From Candidatus Amesbacteria bacterium GW2011_GWB1_47_19 (GTDB lineage Bacteria; Patescibacteriota; Microgenomatia; CAZETR01; Amesbacteraceae): 64,000 bases of DNA. The notes below the pieces were generated by a model. The model searched no databases. It had not been told where the DNA came from and was given only the letters and a program-made list of their open reading frames with translations. The stretch spans positions 91,410-155,409 of the forward strand of contig LCNZ01000007.1 in the NCBI GenBank assembly GCA_001002325.1. The letters are read 5' to 3'. A program made the position numbers and the translations under genes. How positions within the stretch are numbered: the first letter of the stretch is position 1; every line of letters begins with the position of its first letter. Positions 48,921 to 56,436 of this stretch are shown here, in pieces.

Positions 48921-49208
48921 ATGAGCGATGCTAAATTAGCAGACCAAACTTTGACATGTAAGGATTGCGGAAATCAGTTTGTATGGACGGTCGGGGAACA
49001 AAAGTTCTATCAGGAGAAAGGGTTTACCAACCCTCCCACCAGATGTCCGGATTGCCGTGCAAAAAAGAAATCCGAATCCATGGGTCAACGCAGAGACTTT
49101 CCGATTACCTGCAGTAATTGCGGTAAACAGGATACAGTACCGTTTGAACCCAGAGGAGATAAGCCGGTATTGTGCCGGGACTGTTTCCGAAACAGCCGCA
49201 AGGCTTAA
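48921..49208 (+). CDS. Zinc-ribbon protein with CxxC-x17-CxxC domain
   Basis: CKDCG...EQKFY..KGF...RCPDCR and CSNCG...VPFEP...CRDCF. Confidence 0.88.
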   Translation: MSDAKLADQTLTCKDCGNQFVWTVGEQKFYQEKGFTNPPTRCPDCRAKKKSESMGQRRDFPITCSNCGKQDTVPFEPRGDKPVLCRDCFRNSRKA

Positions 49209-49210
49209 AT

Positions 49211-49242
49211 AAAAAAAGCGCCTTTTTTAAGGCGCTTTTTTT
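49211..49242. terminator. Bidirectional intrinsic terminator
   Basis: AAAAAAAGCGCCTT TT TTAAGGCGCTTTTTTT between convergent genes. Confidence 0.8.
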
Positions 49243-50719
49243 AACGATATTTATCAGTAAGAGTTTGGGCCAATATATATTCGGCCGGGTTGTAGTTGTC
49301 GGTGAAAACCGGATACGCGGAGAGATTTACCGCGGAAGTATTTATAAAGGTATCAGCATGGGAGGATGTGTCAAACTCAGCCGGAGAATCGGAGTTGATA
49401 CCCACAATAAGGATGTTTTGGACAGAGTCAGGCCGGGAGGGGTTCAGGGCAAAAACCCAGGTTTGGGGAAAAACATAAGTAAATGTTTTTAACTGTGAGT
49501 AAAAATAGGAAGGGATTACTGGGGTCAGGTTGCCGACAAAATTACCAATAAACATGCCCCCGGGATTGAGGCGGGATCTGGCCAGGGAGAAAAACTCCAC
49601 GGTGGTCAGATGCGCAGGAATGGAAAGAAGCGAGTAATAGGCATCTGAAAATATCAGGTCATATTTTTTTGAGTTGCGAGTGAGAAAATAGCGGCCGTCA
49701 GAGATAAAGTTGCGTAAACGGTTAGATGGCTTCAGCCGGAAATACTTTTCGGACAGTTCGTAGAGGCCAGGTTCGATGTCAATCACGTCTACCCGGAATG
49801 ACGGATCGGAATTCAATAAGGCTTTGGGGATGGTGTAAGCCCCGGCTCCGATAACCAAAGCGGTACGGGCGGAGGGGTTGAATATACGATAGAGGTCTGC
49901 GTATCGGGTGTAAGGAAAGACATGATCGTCTGATTCAAGGTAGGTGGCCGCGGAGACATTACGATCCTGGATAAGGTATCTGACTGCCGGTGTGGAATGA
50001 GGCTGTGAGACGGAGATTTTTTGGTAAAAGCCATCGGCAGAATAGATCAGGGGATTGTCGGGGGAGGGAGAAAGGGAACTGACCAGCAGGATTTGGAGAA
50101 GGAGAATCAGGACGGCAAAGATGGGAAGGGGATGGAATTTCAGCCTGGTACCGGCCAAGCCAAGCAGTGTGAGGCCGATGGCAGTACCATAGATTATTTT
50201 GTCGATACCGAAGTTCGGAATCAGTAAAAATCCGGTCGAGAGACTGCCGATAATGCTTCCCAGGGTTGACCAGAAAAAAACTATACCGGAAGCCTGACCG
50301 ATTTTTTCCGGAGGGAAGAAACCGGAACTGAGCTTGATGGCAAAAGGGGAGAGGGTACCGAGAATGAAGGCCGGAAGGAGGAATAGCAGGAGGGAACTAA
50401 CCAACGGACCTACCGCCAGCGAAAAGATGGAAGAAAAAACAGGCAGGAGAACCACACCGATAATTTTGATAAAAAAGGTAGCCAGACCGGAGACAGTGAT
50501 GAAGAAGTAGAAAATCCGAGGGTGCGGGAAACGATCGGCAATCCTGCCGCCGAAATAATACCCCAGGCTGAGAGCTGTGAGAATGACGGTAAGAACGCTG
50601 GAGAGGCTGAAGATAGTGTTGCCGAAAAAGGGTGCCAGAATCCGGGTGGCCGTAACTTCGAGGATAAGGACAGCTGCACCAGTGAGAAATATGGTGAGAT
50701 AGAGAAAAATCCGGCTCAT
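49241..50719 (-). CDS. Fused MFS/spermidine synthase-like protein
   Basis: TM region RILAPFFGNT, STLGSIIG; IGAGAYT, DGRYFL, YDLIFSDAY. Confidence 0.88.
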   Translation of the reverse strand: MSRIFLYLTIFLTGAAVLILEVTATRILAPFFGNTIFSLSSVLTVILTALSLGYYFGGRIADRFPHPRIFYFFITVSGLATFFIKIIGVVLLPVFSSIFSLAVGPLVSSLLLFLLPAFILGTLSPFAIKLSSGFFPPEKIGQASGIVFFWSTLGSIIGSLSTGFLLIPNFGIDKIIYGTAIGLTLLGLAGTRLKFHPLPIFAVLILLLQILLVSSLSPSPDNPLIYSADGFYQKISVSQPHSTPAVRYLIQDRNVSAATYLESDDHVFPYTRYADLYRIFNPSARTALVIGAGAYTIPKALLNSDPSFRVDVIDIEPGLYELSEKYFRLKPSNRLRNFISDGRYFLTRNSKKYDLIFSDAYYSLLSIPAHLTTVEFFSLARSRLNPGGMFIGNFVGNLTPVIPSYFYSQLKTFTYVFPQTWVFALNPSRPDSVQNILIVGINSDSPAEFDTSSHADTFINTSAVNLSAYPVFTDNYNPAEYILAQTLTDKYR

Positions 50720-50725
50720 AAAATT

Positions 50726-50983
50726 TCAGGAGGTACGGGCCTGGAGAATTTGACTGAGAATGGGCCATTTCCGGCCAAATTGTTTGGTCAGACTGATAAG
50801 TATAGAAATTTGGCAACCGATCCCAAAAAGTTCGATATGCTGATTCATATTTGCCTTTAGAGGGGGTGGTTGTTGGTTAAGTGAGGTTTTAAGGGCACAC
50901 TGGGCGTCGGGATTGATACTTCTGGCACAAAGAGCTGCCCTGCAGGGGCCGGAATCCACAGGTTGAAGTTCAAGATTTCTCAT
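50726..50983 (-). CDS. Small Cys-containing hypothetical protein
   Basis: Fills the gap between tRNA-Ala and the downstream gene on the same strand. Confidence 0.45.
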   Translation of the reverse strand: MRNLELQPVDSGPCRAALCARSINPDAQCALKTSLNQQPPPLKANMNQHIELFGIGCQISILISLTKQFGRKWPILSQILQARTS

Positions 50984-50994
50984 AGGATATTTAT

Positions 50995-51068
50995 TGGTGG
51001 ACCCGAGGGGAATTGAACCCCTTTCTACTCCATGCCATGGAGTTATTCTACCGGTGAACTACGGGCCC
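50995..51068 (-). tRNA. tRNA-Ala(GGC)
   Basis: GGGCCCGTAGTTCACCGGTAGAAT...ATGGCAT...GGTTCAATTCC...GGGTCCACCA; G3:U70. Confidence 0.92.
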
Positions 51069-51152
51069 GACCGGACTACGGAATTATAAGTCATATTAAA
51101 GCAAGTTTGAAGCGGACGTTTACGGGTTGAATCTACGCTTATAATCAGGCTC

Positions 51153-51308
51153 ATGGAAATCGTCTAGGGCCAGGGATAGCTGCCGCGATGGCACATGAAA
51201 TTGAGCATCTCAGGCAACCTGTTGGGTTCCCGGAACAAAGTTGTCCGGTCGAAGTCGGAGCCGGTGCCAACGGGCATGCTGATTGTAGAAAGGTAGATTA
51301 AGACGTTT
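51153..51308 (+). ncRNA. Candidate rod-shaped ncRNA (6S-like)
   Basis: TATAAT at 51140; nested pairings CGTCT/AGACG, AGCAT/ATGCT, CCTGTTGG/CCAACGGG, GTTCC/GGAGC; no convincing ORF. Confidence 0.35.
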
Positions 51309-51350
51309 GAGATCGGAGGAGTGGCGGGGTAGACTTAAGCCAGGAGGGAT

Positions 51351-52016
51351 GTGACGAAAAAGAAACTGGGCTTGTTTAAACGGTTGGTAATAGGGGGATT
51401 GGTGGCCGGTCTGGTGGTATCGGGGACTGTGAATGCGTATTTTTGGAAAACCAAACAGGAAGAGATGCGGGTAATACATGTGCTGGATGGGGATACCTTT
51501 ACCCTGAAAAGGGGAGTGAGAGTGAGGCTGATCGGAGCCGACGCCCCGGCGTATGACGCTTGTCTGGGCCAGGAAGCAACCAAAAAATTAGAGGAGTTCG
51601 TGTTGGGGAAAACGGTGAGGCTGGAAGGAATTAAATGGGACCAGTGGGGGCGGCAGATGGCGTTGGTTTATGCAGACGGGGTGTGGGTGGATGAGGCGAT
51701 GATTAAAGCCGGGCTGGCCAAGGCTGAGTATCCGGACTCGAAGGTGAACGCCGGACTGCGGGCAGCCCACAATGAATCCTCTGAAAAGAAAGTCGGAATA
51801 TTCGGCCCCGAATGTAATCAGAAATACAATGCAGAAGAAGTGAATTGCCAGATTAAGGGTAATTTTGATCAAACCAAATGGACGAAAAAATATTACTTGC
51901 CGGAATGTCCGCATTACAACACGGTCAGGGTGAATCTGGCGGCCGGGGACAAGTTTTTCTGCAACGAAGATGAAGCCCAAAAAGCAGGATTCCTATTGGC
52001 TGAAGATTGCAAATAA
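51351..52016 (+). CDS. Thermonuclease (SNase) family protein with Cys-containing C-terminal domain
   Basis: DGDTF, VRLIGADAP, DQWGR, CQIKGN...FFCNEDEAQKAGF. Confidence 0.9.
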   Translation: MTKKKLGLFKRLVIGGLVAGLVVSGTVNAYFWKTKQEEMRVIHVLDGDTFTLKRGVRVRLIGADAPAYDACLGQEATKKLEEFVLGKTVRLEGIKWDQWGRQMALVYADGVWVDEAMIKAGLAKAEYPDSKVNAGLRAAHNESSEKKVGIFGPECNQKYNAEEVNCQIKGNFDQTKWTKKYYLPECPHYNTVRVNLAAGDKFFCNEDEAQKAGFLLAEDCK

Positions 52017-52021
52017 ATGTG

Positions 52022-52092
52022 TGGACTCACCGGGAATTGAACCCGGATCTCGTCGATGCGAACGACGTGTTCTACCGTTTAACTATGAGCCC
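52022..52092 (-). tRNA. tRNA-Ala(CGC)
   Basis: GGGCTCATAGTTAAACGGTAGAAC...TTCGCAT...GGTTCAATTCC...GAGTCCA; G3:U70. Confidence 0.92.
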
Positions 52093-52118
52093 GAGAATGT
52101 ATTTGAATTTTATCATTT

Positions 52119-52511
52119 GTGGGTGATAATCCGGTAATGAATACGGAGCTCAATTGTCGGAGGGATTGCTTGGCTGCTTGCTGCAGGAGGATTAACATAA
52201 GATTGCATACAACTGAAGCGGAGATTTTGACAAAACACGGGGCAAGATTAAGATTACTCGAAGATCTACCAGACGGGATGGGGCGGCATTTATATTATAT
52301 GCCGGGATGCCCGTTTCTGCGGTTTCGAAGTCGGGGTGAGCAAGGTGTTAAAGGTGTTATAGATTGTGGAGTGTATACAGCACCTCAAAAGATGCAAATT
52401 TGTGAGCAAGTACCCGTGGGAGGGAGGGTGTGTCTGGCAATGAGAAATACCTCGGGAGGTGTCAAAAAAAGAGAAACTGAGGCGGATAGAAGGTTTTGGG
52501 AGAGAATTTAA
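52119..52511 (+). CDS. YkgJ-like cysteine cluster protein
   Basis: CRRDCLAACC, CPFL, CGVY..P...C. Confidence 0.7.
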   Translation: MGDNPVMNTELNCRRDCLAACCRRINIRLHTTEAEILTKHGARLRLLEDLPDGMGRHLYYMPGCPFLRFRSRGEQGVKGVIDCGVYTAPQKMQICEQVPVGGRVCLAMRNTSGGVKKRETEADRRFWERI

Positions 52512-54586
52512 CGGGCGGGAGTGGGAGTAGCACTCACGGGGGAGGGAGCAGGTGTACCGCTGGTTTCAGGACCCAGTTCGGAAGGAAGTTCAATAGGAGG
52601 CGTAATTTTGGGAGAAGGGAGGGCTTTGGGGGCGACCAGCTCGGTTTGAGCAGGAGCCTGAACCGGGGTTTGGGGTTGAGCGGAGGTCTCACCCAATTTC
52701 TTGCGCAGTTCTTCCAGTTCGGCTGAGGCTTTGGTAAAGTCCGCGGAACCCTTGTCGATCAGGTTGACCACTGCCTGCATGGCTGTGAAAGCGTTTCTGT
52801 TATCTCCTTTTTCGCGGTAAGCGGCAGCCAGATTGTAATAAGCGTTGGCTTGGTCGGGTTTGAGATCAACAGCCTGTTGGAAGAAACGGATAGCCTCGTC
52901 GTAGTTCTTGGTGGCGTAAAGAACACCTCCCAGGGAAATTCTCAAATTGGGGTTGACGGGATCCAGAAGTATGGCCTGGCGATAGGAGGCTACAGTCCAG
53001 ACATCTGCACCCTGGGCGAAATTGACCAGATTGCGATAAACATTAGCCAGATTTTCCACATTGGTGACTTTGACCGGGTTTAAGGAAACGGCGTTTTTAG
53101 CCTCACGGATCGACTGCTGAATGAGCTGGGTGATAGTATTGCGGTCTTCGGGAGTTAGTTCCTGCTTGGCTGCGGCAGTATTGGCCAAGAGTAAATTGGT
53201 TTGAGAATAAGCTACCCGGTATGAGTCCCTATAAGGATTGGTGCGCATGGCGGCAATCAGGTTGTCGTAAGTTCCTTTGCCCTGGTTGGCTGCAGCAGAC
53301 CTGAGAGCATTCTGGAAGTAAATTTCTGCAATATAACCCCGGATGCCCAGGTAAACGATAGGGACAACCAGGGTCAAAGCTAAACCGAAACTGACTATGG
53401 GCAAAATGGGTGAATGTATTCCGGAATCCGAGGCAGCTACAATGTCGATATTGGCTTCGTGTACCATGGATGACCCCATTTGTTTGAAAGACTGAACCAG
53501 AATGAGTATCAGGGTAAAGATCAGAAACAGAGATACCAGGGAGACGGGAGTGAATAGCTGAAGGGTGAAGGCGGCTATAAGGGAAAGTCCGGAACCCAAG
53601 GCTAATATACGGAAAGGGGATTCCGAGGTTGATTTTACGGCTTGCACAAACAGATTGAGGGATTTGATGATGACAAAGACGTAGGCCAGAAGCCCGAGTA
53701 TTCCCAAGGTGGACATGATTTGCAGGTAATAGTTACTAGCGCTGGTAAACCGGACGTTCCACAGGGGACTCAAATTGAAACTAATTGGTCGGAAGCGGCT
53801 AAAATTAACCAGGTATGTTGCAGGGCCGGTACCGAGCAGCGGGGATGATTTCAGAGATTCCAACGCTATAGCCCAACTGACGGATTGGGGAAGAAACGCC
53901 GGACGGGAAGCAATACCCTGACCAAAAAGGCGGTAGGTAAGTAAGCCACCGGCAATAATCGAACCCAAAAGGGACAGGGAGAGAAGCAAAGTTTTTGTGG
54001 AGTTACTTTTATCTTTGAGGATGAGGACAATATGAAGAGGCAAAAGGGTAGCCAGGAAAATAACGGTAGCCAACGAATTGCCGGTGGGGGACCAGAGAGG
54101 AGTTTTCATAAAGTTGAAAGGGATGATCTGAGGAAGAAGTCCGGAAGAAAAAAGAATCGTGACAATAGATAAAACTCCAGTGGATAGTATGAGACCATAA
54201 ATCAAAAACTCCAGCTCCTTTTTGTGCCGGATCAGGTTGACGGAAGTGAAAAAGAATAAGACCAAACCCAGCATGGTGGCTGTCTGCCCGGGTTCAATCA
54301 GAGCGTCGAATTTGTTCGGGGTACGTAAAACAGTAGACAGGACCCAGGTAGCTAAAAGTGCCAGTAGAGGCAGACCCAGAGGGCTTCTCACTAATCGTAC
54401 CTGACGGTTGATGACAAAACTGGCAGTCCAGATGACCAGTAGAACAAGAGAAGAGAGAACAAGCAGGTACTGCTTGTTAAACTCGTAGAATTCAGAGGTA
54501 ACGGGGGCAAAAAAGAGGGGAATTACAACTATGGTTCCCAGAATTACAAAGTAGCCGATTTTTTGCAGGGTGGAGGCGAGTTTCAT
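52508..54586 (-). CDS. O-antigen ligase-like membrane protein with TPR repeats
   Basis: Many TMs, PLLGTGPATY, TPR repeats, Pro-rich tail. Confidence 0.8.
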   Translation of the reverse strand: MKLASTLQKIGYFVILGTIVVIPLFFAPVTSEFYEFNKQYLLVLSSLVLLVIWTASFVINRQVRLVRSPLGLPLLALLATWVLSTVLRTPNKFDALIEPGQTATMLGLVLFFFTSVNLIRHKKELEFLIYGLILSTGVLSIVTILFSSGLLPQIIPFNFMKTPLWSPTGNSLATVIFLATLLPLHIVLILKDKSNSTKTLLLSLSLLGSIIAGGLLTYRLFGQGIASRPAFLPQSVSWAIALESLKSSPLLGTGPATYLVNFSRFRPISFNLSPLWNVRFTSASNYYLQIMSTLGILGLLAYVFVIIKSLNLFVQAVKSTSESPFRILALGSGLSLIAAFTLQLFTPVSLVSLFLIFTLILILVQSFKQMGSSMVHEANIDIVAASDSGIHSPILPIVSFGLALTLVVPIVYLGIRGYIAEIYFQNALRSAAANQGKGTYDNLIAAMRTNPYRDSYRVAYSQTNLLLANTAAAKQELTPEDRNTITQLIQQSIREAKNAVSLNPVKVTNVENLANVYRNLVNFAQGADVWTVASYRQAILLDPVNPNLRISLGGVLYATKNYDEAIRFFQQAVDLKPDQANAYYNLAAAYREKGDNRNAFTAMQAVVNLIDKGSADFTKASAELEELRKKLGETSAQPQTPVQAPAQTELVAPKALPSPKITPPIELPSELGPETSGTPAPSPVSATPTPAR

Positions 54587-54656
54587 ATATGTGTGATTGT
54601 ATTAAGTAAAATATTTTTGTGGCGAATAGTCAAGATGATAAATGAATGAGCTGTTT

Positions 54657-54672
54657 CCTATTGCGCAATAGG
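54657..54672. repeat. Perfect 16-bp palindrome CCTATTGCGCAATAGG
   Basis: Read directly; lies 23 bp upstream of the RAYT-like gene. Confidence 0.8.
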
Positions 54673-54695
54673 TGGCTCCTTGATATTGTTGGGTT

Positions 54696-55391
54696 ATGGA
54701 GCCTCGCTGGTACCATATATATAATAGAGGCATTGACGGAAGGCAGGTGTTTACTTCTTCCGGCGACTACGACAAATTTATTTGGGTTCTGAAAACATAC
54801 TTAGGAGAATTCAAAATAAAACAAGATCCGAGATTTAAGACCGACAGACCGTATATCAGCAGACATAAGCAAAGAATGAATTTACATGACAAAGTTTGTC
54901 TGGCAGCTTATTGCTTGATGCCTAATCATTTTCATCTGCTGGTACAACCGGAATCTGCCGGTCGGGTGACATATCTGATGAGAAGGGCTATGACAAATTA
55001 CGGAATGTATTTTAATCAGAAATATCAGCGGAGGGGTACATTATGGGAAGGAAGTTACAGATGTGTTGAAGTCTGGGGGGAAGAGAGGATTGTCCATCTT
55101 TCCAGATGGATTCATCTAAATCCGTTGCAGCAGGAAATACGAAGGTTTGGTTTAGTGACTACGGTAACCGGAGCTCGCCCTGAGGAATATTTGTACTCAA
55201 GTTATCATTGGTATCTGCATACCGGAGAAATTGATGACTGGATAAGACCTGACCTGGTACTGGATATCTTTAAAGGATTTAACCAAGGACGCTGGGGTAG
55301 TTATCAACAGTTTATAGAGGACTCCAGATTAAACACGGTCAGCATCATAGGATCCATGGCTATTGATACGGGGAGAGAAAAAATTTCTTAG
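54696..55391 (+). CDS. IS200/RAYT-like Y1 (HUH) transposase homolog
   Basis: YHIYNRG, YCLMPNHFHLL, WIHLNP (normally YIHxNP), YSSY. Confidence 0.88.
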   Translation: MEPRWYHIYNRGIDGRQVFTSSGDYDKFIWVLKTYLGEFKIKQDPRFKTDRPYISRHKQRMNLHDKVCLAAYCLMPNHFHLLVQPESAGRVTYLMRRAMTNYGMYFNQKYQRRGTLWEGSYRCVEVWGEERIVHLSRWIHLNPLQQEIRRFGLVTTVTGARPEEYLYSSYHWYLHTGEIDDWIRPDLVLDIFKGFNQGRWGSYQQFIEDSRLNTVSIIGSMAIDTGREKIS

Positions 55392-55486
55392 TCAACCGTA
55401 TTTTTTCGACCCGCTGTAGGGCTGTCTGCCGGGCGTTTTTTCAGACGGATAATATAAGACATATTGAAGAAATCAGAGGAGGCAGT

Positions 55487-56062
55487 TTATTTAAGGAGGA
55501 AGTAAGTGAGAAAGAAGCTGCCGATAAAGATTATCAAAAGCAGGGGGTAGACGATTGCCGGAGCAAATGATGATACCCTATTTTTAACGGGAGTTGTGTG
55601 AACCACCTCCGGCATGAGTTTTATCAAATCGAAATGATTTGGAGTGGATGAGTCCAACGGCCTGATAGGTTCTGATAACGGTGGAGAATAGGAAGGGGTC
55701 GGGGGAGTTGGCGCCGGTGGAGGAGGAGAAAAAGTAACATCGGGGGTTTGAATCGGGGGAATAGGGGCAGGCTGGAGCAGATTGGTCTGATGACAAAAGT
55801 CTATAAATTTTCTCATTGAAGACAAGCGACGTTTTACCGTAGCCGGAGGATTGGTACTGGTGAGGTATTCCTCGTATTTTTTTGCCACTTCAGGTTGTGT
55901 GATTGTGGATAAGCTTTCGGGGGTAAGAGGCTGGTATTGAGTGGAGACAAAGAAGAGAAGAACCCTTAAGTCGGATACATAGTTTTTTAAAGTATTGGGT
56001 GAAACTGACTGGCTGATCAGCTGTTGCCGAAATTGAGAGAGTAAATCCTGAGTATAATCCAT
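55487..56062 (-). CDS. Integrase SAM-like (core-binding) domain protein with Pro linker and C-terminal TM
   Basis: SPNTLKNYVSDL...ATVKRRLSSMRKF; no catalytic domain; tail IVYPLLLIIFIGSFFLTYFLLK. Confidence 0.8.
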   Translation of the reverse strand: MDYTQDLLSQFRQQLISQSVSPNTLKNYVSDLRVLLFFVSTQYQPLTPESLSTITQPEVAKKYEEYLTSTNPPATVKRRLSSMRKFIDFCHQTNLLQPAPIPPIQTPDVTFSPPPPAPTPPTPSYSPPLSEPIRPLDSSTPNHFDLIKLMPEVVHTTPVKNRVSSFAPAIVYPLLLIIFIGSFFLTYFLLK

Positions 56063-56436
56063 ATTATAAGTTTGGATTATATCAATAATTAAACATTATA
56101 CAAGTGTATACCTTCATGAAATAATAATGAAAAACATGTAATTAGCGAAAGGTAAAAGTGTATTCAGAACTGTGAGAAAAGTGTGAAAAATAGGTCATTA
56201 TTGTATATTATTAAATACTATAAGGTTAGTAAAATATGAAGATAGCAAACATGTCTTTGGAATGCCAAGGGATGAAATGATTAAAAATTATAGATAAATT
56301 GATTGTTATTTAAAAATTATAAAAAAATATTTTAATAATTTTTTAGATTGTATAATTTAAATAGAGGATAGTCAGATTAAAATATATAATATGTGTAATA
56401 ATTGAGAATGACATTTAAAGGAATTAAAATATAGGA

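Noticed and set aside
50995-52092. Alternative genetic code or recoded tRNA
   Set aside because: All tRNA-Ala anticodons match G3:U70 identity, and TGA terminates clear genes such as radA, rho and leuS.
54696-56062. Active IS200/IS605 element or integrated prophage
   Set aside because: No tnpB, IS ends, att repeats or phage genes; both proteins lack catalytic parts.
56063-56436. AT-rich region as oriC, and a dif-like TGTATATTAT at 56202-56211
   Set aside because: No clustered DnaA boxes; the XerC and XerD arms do not match dif, and such a match is expected in AT-rich DNA.
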